Source of the DNA: Candidatus Saccharimonadota bacterium
Lineage (GTDB): Bacteria > Pseudomonadota > Gammaproteobacteria > Enterobacterales > Enterobacteriaceae
Reading direction: 5' to 3'
NCBI GenBank assembly: GCA_045690015.1
Contig: CP145877.1
Coordinates: 395,793-427,792, forward strand
DNA: 32,000 nt
Shown: positions 11,616 through 21,201 of the stretch, piece by piece
How the letters are laid out: every line of letters begins with the position of its first letter
Position numbering within the stretch: position 1 is the first letter of the stretch
The notes under the pieces: generated by a model
Database searches by the model: none
Told to the model about the DNA's origin: nothing
The model's input: the letters and a program-made list of their open reading frames with translations, nothing else
Made by a program: the position numbers and the translations under genes

Positions 11616-12010
11616 ATATCTATCAAATTACAACCAGATTATACTTATTCTATCTTCCTCACTCACTCTGAAGTAAATATAAATGAAATCAATTCAGAAA
11701 GATATCTTGATTCCATCCCTTATAAAAGGAAAGCGCTTATACAATGTTTAGGTAATATTTTTAGTGAGATTATATATAATCAATATTTATTTATTCGGAA
11801 CATTGGTTTTGAAGGGTTCAAATGAGATGATTTGTTAGTATCTCTCTGGTATGAGACAAAAGATTCATTTTTATTTGAACTAACTTAACTGTTCAATAAT
11901 AATTAATCTCCATTTTTAACTTAATGATATTCACTAACTTTCTAATGAATAGAATTAATATAGAAATTCCTTCACATCACATAAATATGGTTAAGGAGAA
12001 TATACTGTAT

Positions 12011-13303
12011 ATGTCTGATTCTTTAACATTACAACCAATATCATTAATAAATGGTACTATAGATTTACCAGGATCAAAAAGCATATCTAATCGTGCATTG
12101 CTTTTAGCAGCTCAAGCAAATGGTATCACTATCTTAAAAAATTTACTGGATAGTGATGATGTGAGATATATGCTGAACGCCTTACGTCAACTAGGCATAA
12201 AATATGAACTTTCCCAAGGAAATACTAAGTGTAAAATTGTAGGTTGTGGAGGTCCATTATATATAACCCATCACAAGAAGTTTCAATTATTCTTGGGAAA
12301 TGCAGGTACAGCCATGCGTCCCCTTGCTGCTGCGCTTAGTTTAACTTCTAATAATATAGTTTTAACTGGTGAAGCACGTATGAAAGAACGTCCAATAGGA
12401 CCTTTAGTAGAAACCCTACGTCAGGGGGGTGCAACTATTGAGTATTTGGAAAGAGAAAATTATCCTCCCATTCATTTAAGAGGTGTTTTTACAGGTGGAC
12501 AAGTAATCATAGATGGTAGTTGTTCCAGTCAGTTTTTAAGTGCTCTTTTAATGGCTGCACCATTAGCAGTAAATGATACCCGTATACTAATTAAAGGAAA
12601 ATTAGTCTCACGTCCATATATTGACATTACATTGCATTTACTGCGTGACTTTGGAATTATTTTTGAAAATAATAACTATTGTGAGTTTTACATTAATGGA
12701 AATCAAAGATATATTTCTCCAGGGACGTATATAGTAGAGGGAGATGCTTCTTCAGCGTCATATTTTTTAGCAGCTGCTGCTATTAAAGGTGGAACAGTAC
12801 ATGTTACGGGGATTGGGCGCAATAGTATACAGGGAGATATTTATTTTGCTGAAATTCTCAAACAAATGGGGGCAGAGATTGAATGGGGGCATAACCAAAT
12901 TAGTTGTAAACGTGGTAATCTTAAAGCAATTGATTTAGATATGAATACTATGCCAGATATTGCTATGACATTAGCCATAATGTCTATATTTGCTAAAGGC
13001 ACTACGATATTACGTAACATTTACAGCTGGCGTCTGAAAGAAACGGATCGTTTAACAGCGATGGCCACAGAATTACGCAAAATAGGAGCTGAGGTCACCG
13101 AAGGAAAGGATTATATATCTATTACACCTCCCGAATTACAAAAAATTACTCATTCTAAAATTGAGACCTACAATGATCATCGTATGGCAATGTGTTTTTC
13201 GTTAGTCGCACTTTCTTCAGTACCCGTAACCATTTTAAATCCTAATTGTGTTAGTAAAACTTATCCTAAATATTTTAGTCAGCTAGCGCATATTAGTCAT
13301 TAG
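12011..13303 (+). CDS. aroA: 3-phosphoshikimate 1-carboxyvinyltransferase (EPSP synthase)
   Basis: [34 protein letters not shown].., [32 protein letters not shown] and [14 protein letters not shown] are colinear with E. coli AroA. The ATG at 12011 follows AAGGAG (11993-11998). The track start at 11924 adds 29 residues with no homology. Confidence 0.95.
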   Translation: MSDSLTLQPISLINGTIDLPGSKSISNRALLLAAQANGITILKNLLDSDDVRYMLNALRQLGIKYELSQGNTKCKIVGCGGPLYITHHKKFQLFLGNAGTAMRPLAAALSLTSNNIVLTGEARMKERPIGPLVETLRQGGATIEYLERENYPPIHLRGVFTGGQVIIDGSCSSQFLSALLMAAPLAVNDTRILIKGKLVSRPYIDITLHLLRDFGIIFENNNYCEFYINGNQRYISPGTYIVEGDASSASYFLAAAAIKGGTVHVTGIGRNSIQGDIYFAEILKQMGAEIEWGHNQISCKRGNLKAIDLDMNTMPDIAMTLAIMSIFAKGTTILRNIYSWRLKETDRLTAMATELRKIGAEVTEGKDYISITPPELQKITHSKIETYNDHRMAMCFSLVALSSVPVTILNPNCVSKTYPKYFSQLAHISH

Positions 13304-13347
13304 TTATAACTAAATATCGGTTTTTGGTGATATTTGAGATTATTTTA

Positions 13348-14034
13348 ATGAACATTACAGTTCCAGTTATTACCATTGATGGTCCAGCAGCTGTAGGAAA
13401 AGGAACGATTGGTTATTTGCTGTCTAAAAGATTACGATGGCATTATTTAGACTCCGGTACAATTTATCGAGTACTGGTTTTTTCAGCACTTCATCATAAA
13501 ATCTCACTAACAGCTGAAAAATCCTTAGTATCCATGGCAATGAATTTAGATATTCGTTTCTCTAGAAAAAATGGTATATCGGAAATAATTTTTGAAGATA
13601 AAAATATTTCTAATATGATTTATATGGAAGAGGTAGGGAAATTAGCTTCTGAAATTGCGATTTTCCCAAAGCTTAGAAAAGCTTTACAATGTAAATTCCG
13701 TACGTTTCTCTCTTTACCTGGATTAATTGCTGATGGTCGAGATATGGGAACAGTAGTATTTCCTGATGCAATTGTAAAAATTTTTTTAGATGCTAACGTT
13801 GAAGAACGTTCACGTCGAAGAATGTTACAGTTGCAGAAAAAAGGCTTTAATGTTAAATTTGAACAATTACTTGATGAACTTAAACAGCGAGATAAGCGTG
13901 ATAGTAATAGAAAAATCGCACCGTTAAAGCCTGCTAAAGATGCTATGATAATAGATTCAAGTGGCCTTAGTATTGAACAGGTTTTTGAAAAGGTTTTGAA
14001 AAATGTACTTTTACAACTTTCTTTATGTTCTTAG
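13348..14034 (+). CDS. cmk: (d)CMP kinase
   Basis: MNITVPVITIDGPAAVGKGT.., LDSGTIYR, LPGLIADGRDMGTVVFPDA and KIFLDANVEERSRRR match E. coli Cmk. The track start at 13324 is a TTG adding 8 non-homologous residues. Confidence 0.9.
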   Translation: MNITVPVITIDGPAAVGKGTIGYLLSKRLRWHYLDSGTIYRVLVFSALHHKISLTAEKSLVSMAMNLDIRFSRKNGISEIIFEDKNISNMIYMEEVGKLASEIAIFPKLRKALQCKFRTFLSLPGLIADGRDMGTVVFPDAIVKIFLDANVEERSRRRMLQLQKKGFNVKFEQLLDELKQRDKRDSNRKIAPLKPAKDAMIIDSSGLSIEQVFEKVLKNVLLQLSLCS

Positions 14035-14089
14035 ATGATCGATGAACGAGTATTAATTATGGGTAATAATACTAATAAGATGTAAAATC

Positions 14090-14113
14090 ATCCCATCTTT
14101 ATTTCAGATGGAT
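14090..14113 (+). promoter_or_regulatory. hairpin in the SD-less rpsA leader (possible S1 autoregulatory element)
   Basis: ATCCCATCT-TTATTTC-AGATGGAT forms an 8 bp stem with one bulged C, 40 nt upstream of the rpsA ATG. No SD-like purine run is visible before 14153. E. coli rpsA is known to use a structured, SD-less leader. Confidence 0.3.
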
Positions 14114-14152
14114 ATTATATTAATCATTTTAAATTTCTAAAGATATTACAAT

Positions 14153-15799
14153 ATGACTGAATCGTTTGCTCAACTCTTCGAAGAGTCCCTCAAAGAAATA
14201 AAAATTCGTCCCGGTTCTATTATTACTGGCAAGGTTATTGCTATTGATAAAGATATCGTTTTGGTTGATGCTGGTTTAAAATCAGAATCTCCTATACCAA
14301 TTGAACAGTTTAAAAATGCTAATGGAGAACTAGAAATCCAGGTAGGTAATAAAATAGATGTTGCTTTAGAAGCCGTAGAAGATGGTTTTGGAAAAACATT
14401 ACTATCGCGGGAAAAAGCTAAACGCTATGAAGCATGGTTAAGATTGGAAAAAGCTTACGAAGAAGAGGCTACTGTTTTGGGTATTATTAACGGTAAGGTC
14501 AAAGGAGGTTTTACTGTTGATTTACAAGGCGTTAGAGCTTTTCTTCCTGGTTCTTTAGTGGATATGCGTCCAGTACGTGATACTTTGTATTTAGAAGGTA
14601 AGGAACTGGAATTTAAAGTAATTAAATTAGATCAAAAACGCAATAATGTAGTAGTATCACGTCGTGCTGTTATTGAATCAGAAAATAGTGCAGAACGAGA
14701 ACAATTATTAGAAAATTTACAAGAAGGAACAACTGCTAAGGGTATTATAAAAAATCTTACGGATTATGGAGCTTTTGTAGATTTAGGTGGTGTTGATGGT
14801 TTATTGCACATTACTGACATGGCATGGAAACGCGTCAAGCATCCTAGCGAAATTGTTAATGTGGGAGATGAAATTACTGTTAAGGTATTAAAATTTGATC
14901 GCGAAAAAATGCGCGTATCTCTTGGATTAAAACAATTGGGCGAAGATCCATGGCTCGCCATAACCAAACGTTATCCGGAGGGGACTCGTATAGAAGGACG
15001 AGTAACTAACATTACTGATTATGGTTTTTTTGTTGAAATCGAAGATGGCGTGGAAGGATTAGTGCATGTTTCAGAAATTGATTGGACTAATAAGAATATT
15101 CATCCATATAAAGTAGTTAAAGTTGATGATAAGGTGGAAGTAATGGTATTAGATATTGACGAAATACGTCGTCGCATATCTTTAGGTCTAAAACAGTGTA
15201 AAATAAATCCATGGCAAATATTTGCAGAAACTTATCACAAAGGCGATCAAGTTAAAGGCAGAATTAAATCAATTACGGATTTTGGCATTTTCATTGGACT
15301 AAATGGTAATATTGATGGATTAGTACATCTTTCCGATATTTCTTGGAAGATGACTGGAGAAGAAGCTGTTGGAAAATATAAGAAGGGTGATGAAATAACA
15401 GCAGTAGTTTTACAGGTAGATGCTGAGCGTCAGCGGATTTCTCTCGGTATTAAACAACTTGGAGAAGATCCATTCAACAACTATATTTCTTTAAATAAGA
15501 AAGGAACTTTAGTTACAGGTAAAGTTAGAAGCATTGATTCAAAAGGTGCTAGCATTAAATTAGCTGAGGGTGTTGAGGGTTATTTGCGGACTTCTGATAG
15601 TGATATAAATCGCAATAACCTAGAAGATTGCAATTTAGTTTTCAATCTTAATGAAGAAGTGGTCGCTAAAATTTTGGGCGTTGATCGGAAGAACCGTATA
15701 ATTATTCTTTCGGGTATAACAAAAAATAAGGAATCAATAGAGACTAAGAAATTTTCTAGTGCTATGGCTGAAGCCTTTAAAGCCGCAAAAGAGGAATAG
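14153..15799 (+). CDS. rpsA: 30S ribosomal protein S1
   Basis: 548 aa with six repeated S1 motifs (..[20 protein letters not shown]..). The N-terminus [16 protein letters not shown] equals that of E. coli S1. Confidence 0.95.
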   Translation: MTESFAQLFEESLKEIKIRPGSIITGKVIAIDKDIVLVDAGLKSESPIPIEQFKNANGELEIQVGNKIDVALEAVEDGFGKTLLSREKAKRYEAWLRLEKAYEEEATVLGIINGKVKGGFTVDLQGVRAFLPGSLVDMRPVRDTLYLEGKELEFKVIKLDQKRNNVVVSRRAVIESENSAEREQLLENLQEGTTAKGIIKNLTDYGAFVDLGGVDGLLHITDMAWKRVKHPSEIVNVGDEITVKVLKFDREKMRVSLGLKQLGEDPWLAITKRYPEGTRIEGRVTNITDYGFFVEIEDGVEGLVHVSEIDWTNKNIHPYKVVKVDDKVEVMVLDIDEIRRRISLGLKQCKINPWQIFAETYHKGDQVKGRIKSITDFGIFIGLNGNIDGLVHLSDISWKMTGEEAVGKYKKGDEITAVVLQVDAERQRISLGIKQLGEDPFNNYISLNKKGTLVTGKVRSIDSKGASIKLAEGVEGYLRTSDSDINRNNLEDCNLVFNLNEEVVAKILGVDRKNRIIILSGITKNKESIETKKFSSAMAEAFKAAKEE

Positions 15800-15945
15800 A
15801 AGAAGAAATCTTTAATTTATACTTTCTCTAGATAAATTAAATAACAGTAATGATAAGTAAACCAACTATTTTGAAATTTTTATCCATTCTCGTGAAGTAA
15901 ACGAACGTGAAATTTTATTTTCTTCTATCCAAATGAAATGGAAAG

Positions 15946-16019
15946 TGGGTCGTGCAGGACTTGAACCTGCGACCAATTGATTAAAAGTCAACTGCTCTAC
16001 CAAACTGAGCTAACGACCC
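15946..16019 (-). tRNA. tRNA-Lys (anticodon UUU)
   Basis: The reverse complement GGGTCGTTAGCTCAGTTTGGTAGAGCAGTTGACTTTTAATCAATTGGTCGCAGGTTCAAGTCCTGCACGACCCA folds as a cloverleaf with anticodon loop CT-TTT-AA. It is nearly identical to E. coli lysV-type tRNA. CCA is not encoded. Confidence 0.9.
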
Positions 16020-16041
16020 TAAATAAAAATATGGTATGGTG

Positions 16042-16114
16042 TGGGTGATGACGGATTCGAACCGCCGACCCCCTCCTTGTAAGGGAGGTGCTCTACCGAT
16101 TGAGCTAATCACCC
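16042..16114 (-). tRNA. tRNA-Val (anticodon UAC)
   Basis: The reverse complement GGGTGATTAGCTCAATCGGTAGAGCACCTCCCTTACAAGGAGGGGGTCGGCGGTTCGAATCCGTCATCACCCA has anticodon loop CT-TAC-AA. It is nearly identical to E. coli valU-type tRNA. The Val-then-Lys order, divergent from gltX, matches the E. coli valU operon. Confidence 0.9.
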
Positions 16115-16210
16115 ATAAAAATCAACTAAACTTTATTTAACAATTGTGGCATTAATTATAGAGATACTTTAAAGTGAGTCAAACGTTTTTAATAAAATTT
16201 TAATAGAAAA

Positions 16211-17638
16211 ATGAAAATTACAACGCGCTTCGCACCTAGTCCAAGTGGTTACCTACATTTAGGTAATATTCGTACTGCTCTTTATTCGTGGTTATTTGCT
16301 CAGCACCATGGAGGTGAATTTATATTACGTATTGAAGATACGGATCGTGAAAGATCAACGAAACAAGCTATTGATGATATTATACATAGTATGAAATGGT
16401 TGAAATTAGAGTGGGATCAGGGTCCTTTTTACCAAAGTAAACGTCTTACACGTTACGATGAGGTGATTGAGGAGATGTTAAAAAATGGAACTGCCTATAA
16501 ATGTTATTGCACCAAAACTCGGTTAGAAAATTTGCGAATTTCACAAATGGCAAAAGGTAACAAACCACGTTACGATGGTCATTGTCGTGAATATTCTGGT
16601 TATGATGCTGATGCTTCGTATGTAGTACGATTTTGCAATCCTCTCGAAGGAATTAGTTCTTTTAAAGATCTTATCCGAGGTACTATTGTAGTAAATAATT
16701 GTGAACTTGATGATGTTATTATTCGTCGTTCTGATGGTTTACCTACATATAATTTTTGTGTAGCTATCGATGATTGGGATATGCAGATCACACATGTTAT
16801 TCGTGGTGAAGATCATATTAGTAACACATTACGTCAAATTAATATTTTAAAAGCATTAAGAGCTTCTATCCCACATTATGCTCATCTTCCCATGATTTTA
16901 GATGAGAACGGAAAAAAACTTTCTAAACGTCAGGGTACACTTAGTATTATGCAGTATCGTGATAATGGTTATTTACCAGAAGCACTGCTTAATTATTTGG
17001 TAAGATTGGGATGGTCCTGTGGAGATAAGGAAATTTTTACTATTGAAGAAATGAAATCTTTATTTACTTTAGAAAAAGTAAGTAAATCTGCGAGTACATT
17101 AAATCTTAAAAAGCTTTTATGGTTAAATCACTACTATATCAAGAGATTACCGATAGATTATGTTGCTTCTCAATTACAATTACATATTAATAATGAAAAT
17201 CTTGATACCAGTTCGGGACCAAGTATCATTAAGTTGGTAGAATTATTTCGTGAAAGATGTAAAACTCTAAAAGAAATAATCACTTCTAGTAGCTATTTAT
17301 ATAAAGAATTTAATATATATGATGAAAGAAATTATAATTCTGAAGATGTGCATCCAAACTCTATAAAAGCATTAGAAACCGTACATGAGAAACTCTCAAT
17401 TCTAACCCCTTCTCATTGGACCGTGAATAATATACACTATGCGGTCGAAAGTTCTGCTAAGGAATTGGATCTAAATATCCGTAAAATCAGTATGCTATTG
17501 CGTATAGCTGTCACCGGATCTCAAACATCACCGGCTATTGATGTGATTATACATACGATTGGTAAAAAAAGAGTTCTTACTCGCATTGAAAATACATTGA
17601 AATTTTTGTTAAGGTTAAATAAAAAAATGGGGCTATAG
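16211..17638 (+). CDS. gltX: glutamate--tRNA ligase
   Basis: 475 aa. [30 protein letters not shown] (HIGH-type region), [10 protein letters not shown] and KLSKRQG (KMSKS-type) are present. It is colinear with E. coli GltX. The last 10 nt, including the TAG stop, lie inside tRNA-Ala. Confidence 0.95.
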   Translation: MKITTRFAPSPSGYLHLGNIRTALYSWLFAQHHGGEFILRIEDTDRERSTKQAIDDIIHSMKWLKLEWDQGPFYQSKRLTRYDEVIEEMLKNGTAYKCYCTKTRLENLRISQMAKGNKPRYDGHCREYSGYDADASYVVRFCNPLEGISSFKDLIRGTIVVNNCELDDVIIRRSDGLPTYNFCVAIDDWDMQITHVIRGEDHISNTLRQINILKALRASIPHYAHLPMILDENGKKLSKRQGTLSIMQYRDNGYLPEALLNYLVRLGWSCGDKEIFTIEEMKSLFTLEKVSKSASTLNLKKLLWLNHYYIKRLPIDYVASQLQLHINNENLDTSSGPSIIKLVELFRERCKTLKEIITSSSYLYKEFNIYDERNYNSEDVHPNSIKALETVHEKLSILTPSHWTVNNIHYAVESSAKELDLNIRKISMLLRIAVTGSQTSPAIDVIIHTIGKKRVLTRIENTLKFLLRLNKKMGL

Positions 17639-17701
17639 CTCAATTGGTAGAGCACTTGCATGGCATGTAAGAGGTCAGCGGTTCAAATCCGCTTAGCTCC
17701 A
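17629..17701 (+). tRNA. tRNA-Ala (anticodon GGC)
   Basis: GGGGCTATAGCTCAATTGGTAGAGCACTTGCATGGCATGTAAGAGGTCAGCGGTTCAAATCCGCTTAGCTCCA has the G3:U70 Ala identity pair and anticodon loop AT-GGC-AT. It is close to E. coli alaW/alaX. CCA is not fully encoded (ACCT). Confidence 0.9.
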
Positions 17702-17739
17702 CCTCACCTACACATACCCATACCTCCACTCCCCCATAA
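17697..17739 (+). other. 43-nt G-free, C-rich tract between the convergent gltX/tRNA-Ala and nupC (possible rut-like/Rho-dependent termination zone)
   Basis: In CTCCACCTCACCTACACATACCCATACCTCCACTCCCCCATAA I count 23 C and 0 G in 43 nt, in a genome where C is otherwise scarce. No stem-loop plus T-run terminator is visible here. Confidence 0.3.
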
Positions 17740-17770
17740 GATAAGCTAAAGCTATGTATGATGCTACTAT

Positions 17771-18970
17771 CTATGAGAGAGAGAATAATCCGGTTATAGA
17801 AGCCGATAATATACTGACTAAGGTAGAGCCGTAAAGGAGTTTTAATCCAAATCTAGCCACAACATCCCCTTGTTTTTTATTTAATCCTTTCACACTTCCG
17901 GAAATAATTCCTATAGAGGAAAAATTAGCAAACGAAACCAAAAATACTGATAATATTCCTACACTACGTGTGGACAGTTGGTCTCGTATTTTTGCTAGTG
18001 CCTGCATAGCTATAAATTCATTACTAACTAACTTAGTAGCCATAATGCTTCCAGCCTGAAGAGCTTCATGATTTGGTATACCTATTAACCAAGCAAATGG
18101 AAAAAAAATATAACCTAGAATATACTGAAAGCTAATACCAAATATGGTAATAAATACCATATTAATAGCAGTTATTAAAGCAATAAATCCAATCAACATT
18201 GCAGTTACAATTGCTGCTATTTTAAAACCAATTAAAATATATTCTCCCAACATTTCAAAAAAGCTGGGCTTAGTAGTATTGTTATCTAGATTGCTTTGAA
18301 GTAAATATTCTTCATTTTCTATTTCATATGGATTAATTAGTGATAAAATGATAAAAGAGCTAAACATATTAAGTACTAATGCTGTAATAACATATTTAGC
18401 TTGTAAAACTGTCATATAAGAACCTAGTATTGATAAAGATACAGTAGACATAGCTGTTGCAGATAAAGTATATATTCTTTCAGGGGAAAGTTTTCCAATA
18501 ATTTCTTTATAAGCAATAAAGTTTTCTGATTGTCCAACGATTAAAGAACTAACTGCATTAAATGATTCCAACTTTCCCATACCGTTAATTTTAGACAATA
18601 GAGTACCGGTTATTTTAATTAAAAGGGGTAGAATACGAATATATTGTAGAATTCCAATCAGCGCTGAAATAAATATTATTGGACACATCACATTTAAGAA
18701 GAAAGGTGCTAATCCATATTTTCTTACATCTCCAAATACAAAATCCGTACCTTCTGCTGCACATTTCATCAATGCAACAAAGAAATTTGCGATTCCTTTT
18801 ATTACAATTATGCCAGTTTCTGATCTTAGAAAAAACCATGCCATGAATATTTCTATGATCAATAATTGGATTATAAAACGAATACGGATAATTTTACGAT
18901 TATTGCTGGCGAGTAATGCCAGTAACACGATTATTATGAATGAAAATATAAAATGATAAATATGAGACAT
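17771..18970 (-). CDS. nupC: nucleoside:H+ symporter, NupC (CNT) family
   Basis: 399 aa. [67 protein letters not shown] and [22 protein letters not shown] are colinear with E. coli NupC. GGAG lies 11 nt before the ATG. Confidence 0.9.
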   Translation of the reverse strand: MSHIYHFIFSFIIIVLLALLASNNRKIIRIRFIIQLLIIEIFMAWFFLRSETGIIVIKGIANFFVALMKCAAEGTDFVFGDVRKYGLAPFFLNVMCPIIFISALIGILQYIRILPLLIKITGTLLSKINGMGKLESFNAVSSLIVGQSENFIAYKEIIGKLSPERIYTLSATAMSTVSLSILGSYMTVLQAKYVITALVLNMFSSFIILSLINPYEIENEEYLLQSNLDNNTTKPSFFEMLGEYILIGFKIAAIVTAMLIGFIALITAINMVFITIFGISFQYILGYIFFPFAWLIGIPNHEALQAGSIMATKLVSNEFIAMQALAKIRDQLSTRSVGILSVFLVSFANFSSIGIISGSVKGLNKKQGDVVARFGLKLLYGSTLVSILSASITGLFSLS

Positions 18971-19083
18971 GTATGCTTATTCTCCGCTCTCAACAATGAG
19001 ATTCTATTTGTCATTTGATTCTACCATTAAGATATAAACAACATATATTTTATTTTGATTAATTCATTAATCAGATACATTAA

Positions 19084-19156
19084 TGTTCCCTATAGGATTC
19101 GAACCTATAACTAGCCCTTAGGAGAGGCTTATTATATCCATTTTAACTAAAGGAAC
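19084..19156 (-). tRNA. tRNA-Arg (anticodon CCU)
   Basis: The reverse complement GTTCCTTTAGTTAAAATGGATATAATAAGCCTCTCCTAAGGGCTAGTTATAGGTTCGAATCCTATAGGGAACA folds as a cloverleaf with anticodon loop CT-CCT-AA. It resembles E. coli argW. Confidence 0.85.
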
Positions 19157-19205
19157 TAAAATAAAATCGCAAAATTTATGATCTTAATCTCAAATTATTT
19201 GAACT

Positions 19206-19234
19206 TTGCTGTAAGCAATACAAAAACATATAAT
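19206..19234 (+). promoter_or_regulatory. candidate sigma70 promoter for the truncated kinase/regulator pair
   Basis: TTGCTG, then a 17 nt spacer, then TATAAT, ending 21 nt upstream of the 19256 ATG. No SD follows. AT-rich DNA produces such matches by chance. Confidence 0.3.
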
Positions 19235-19255
19235 GTTTATTGTTGATTTTATTAT

Positions 19256-20419
19256 ATGTTCGATGGGATTCATTATCTATTATATATAGGAATAGCAATA
19301 ATTATTCGATCATTACATAATAAAAATTGCTCATTTCCATTGGAATACACAAAAAATCAATTTCTTCTAGATTTTTATAGTAATATTTTACCACGGTTTC
19401 GTCACTCGAATAATAAAACCTTACATAAAATATGTCAGATTATACGTATTGATTTAACTGCCGATGTAGTTGCTATTACTAATACTCAGCAGATATTAGC
19501 ATATTCGGGTATAGGTAGTGCGTATTATTATAATGATAGAACTATCGGTCATCTAACTGCTCAAGTACTACAAGATGGAGCTCTCCTAATTCGAAATCAT
19601 CTTCATCCCCATCAATTTCCCGAAATTAATTCAGTAGTAATAATTCCAATATGGGAACAATGTTCTATTATAGGAACCATTAAAATTTGCTATAATAATA
19701 ATTATATCTCTCTTGGGGATAAATGTCTTTTAAAAAAACTCGCGGCGATTTTATCCAAAAATATCTCTATTAATATTGAGATATCTAGTTTTTATGATTT
19801 GCGGATAAAAATTCATAAAGCGAATTTACAAGCTTTACAAAGAATGATTAGTCCTCATTTTATTTTCAATACATTAAACCTTATATATTCCTTAATAAGA
19901 TTGAATCCAAAAATAGCCAGAAAGCTCATAATCAACTTATCATACTATTTACGTTATCATGTTGAAATGGATGGATATGATTTTATAGATATTAAAAAAG
20001 AGCTCTATTATATTAAAAATTATATAGCTATTGAAAAAATCCGGTTTGGTAAAAAACTTACAGTTATCTATAACATAGATAAAGATATTAGCTGTTTTAT
20101 TCCTAGTTTATTAATTCAACCATTATTGGAAAATGCAATTTATCACTGCATTCAACGCAGTGAGAGTAAAGGTACTATTATTCTTAGTATTAGACGACAA
20201 ATCAATGATAAAATTATGGTATCAGTACGTGATACCGGATATGGCATCAGCGAAGAAGTAATAGATAGAATAATACGTAATGAAATTCCTAATGCTAATA
20301 ATAAAATTGGCTTATTAAATGTTCATCAACGTATTAAATTAATCTACGGCAAAGGATTACATATTAGTAAACATTGGCGGGGAACTGAAATTTATTTTTT
20401 TATAAATAAAAATATGTAA
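19256..20419 (+). CDS. ypdA: LytS/YpdA-type sensor histidine kinase, N-terminally truncated (no 5TM sensor domain); possibly a decaying gene
   Basis: 387 aa. It has a GAF-like middle region, the His_kinase block LQALQRMISPHFIFNTLN, and an HATPase domain (LIQPLLENAIYHCI, VRDTGYGIS, GLLNVHQRIKLIYG). E. coli YpdA is about 565 aa with about 180 aa of N-terminal transmembrane helices. Here only about 100 nt separate the ATG from tRNA-Arg, so that domain is absent. Confidence 0.75.
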   Translation: MFDGIHYLLYIGIAIIIRSLHNKNCSFPLEYTKNQFLLDFYSNILPRFRHSNNKTLHKICQIIRIDLTADVVAITNTQQILAYSGIGSAYYYNDRTIGHLTAQVLQDGALLIRNHLHPHQFPEINSVVIIPIWEQCSIIGTIKICYNNNYISLGDKCLLKKLAAILSKNISINIEISSFYDLRIKIHKANLQALQRMISPHFIFNTLNLIYSLIRLNPKIARKLIINLSYYLRYHVEMDGYDFIDIKKELYYIKNYIAIEKIRFGKKLTVIYNIDKDISCFIPSLLIQPLLENAIYHCIQRSESKGTIILSIRRQINDKIMVSVRDTGYGISEEVIDRIIRNEIPNANNKIGLLNVHQRIKLIYGKGLHISKHWRGTEIYFFINKNM

Positions 20420-20454
20420 TTTATTATAATAATTTTATTAAGATTTGAAATATC

Positions 20455-21201
20455 GTGAAAGCTATCATTGTTGAAGATGAAATTGCAGCTCAACAAGAAT
20501 TAAACTGGTTAATAGGTCAACATAGTAATCTTATAATTGTTGATAAAATTTTCGATGATGGTCTAGATGTATTAAAATATCTTCAACATAATAAAGTTGA
20601 TGTTATTTTTTTAGATATTCGTCTTCCTACTTTAGATGGAATGTTATTAGCTCAAAACATCAACAAGTTCGCAAAAAAACCACTAATTGTATTTATTAGT
20701 GCTTATCAAGAACATGCTGTTGAAGCTTTTGAAGTAGAAGCATTTGATTATATTCTTAAACCTTGGCAGGAAATACGGATGGCGACAATGTTGCAAAAGT
20801 TAGAAAAATTATGGGAGCAACAAGAATCTCTTTCTCAAAATGTTTCTTCTTTACGTTTTTATTCAAGATATAAGACAATGAATTTGATTAAAAATGAACG
20901 TTTTATTGTTACTAACATTAGTGATATATGCTATGTAGAAGCTCATAAGAAAATGACGTTTATTTATACCATATATGGTGAGGAATATATAATGCCTATC
21001 AGCATTAGTAAATTTTGCATGCAGTTACCCCTTGGCTCTTTTTTTCGATGTCACCGTTCATATTGTGTTAATATGCGTCATATTATAGAAATTGAACCAT
21101 GGTTTAATCATACTTATATCTTGCAGCTTCGCGAACAAAAAATCAAAGTACCGGTAAGTCGTAGTAAAGTAAAAGAATTTCGCAAAATCATGCGTCTTTA
21201 G
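20455..21201 (+). CDS. ypdB: LytTR-family two-component response regulator (YpdB-like)
   Basis: 248 aa with a GTG start. MKAIIVEDEIAAQQELNWLI..DGLDVLKYLQHNKVDVIFLDIRLP..AFDYILKP is the receiver domain. The C-terminus FFRCHRSYCVN..IEPWFNHTYILQL..VPVSRSKVKEFRKIMRL is the LytTR domain. It is colinear with E. coli YpdB. Confidence 0.85.
   Translation: MKAIIVEDEIAAQQELNWLIGQHSNLIIVDKIFDDGLDVLKYLQHNKVDVIFLDIRLPTLDGMLLAQNINKFAKKPLIVFISAYQEHAVEAFEVEAFDYILKPWQEIRMATMLQKLEKLWEQQESLSQNVSSLRFYSRYKTMNLIKNERFIVTNISDICYVEAHKKMTFIYTIYGEEYIMPISISKFCMQLPLGSFFRCHRSYCVNMRHIIEIEPWFNHTYILQLREQKIKVPVSRSKVKEFRKIMRL

Noticed and set aside
11924-12010. 5' extensions from longest-ORF calling: aroA 11924, cmk 13324 (TTG), glpD 2800 (TTG), feoA 6285 (TTG), infA 28450, proC 31866
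   Set aside because: Homologous N-termini and SD positions favour the internal ATGs at 12011, 13348, 2794, 6261, 28441 and 31845.
11616-12010. Calling the trpS-aroA spacer a serC pseudogene
   Set aside because: Translating by eye, I could not recover any convincing SerC peptide block. The absence of serC is only inferred from synteny.
19084-19156. tRNA-Arg(CCU) (argW-like) as the integration site of the deazapurine cluster
   Set aside because: The tRNA is on the minus strand, so its 3' end faces nupC rather than the cluster. The ancestral ypdAB genes lie in between. I saw no integrase and no direct repeat of the tRNA 3' end at 26.8 kb.
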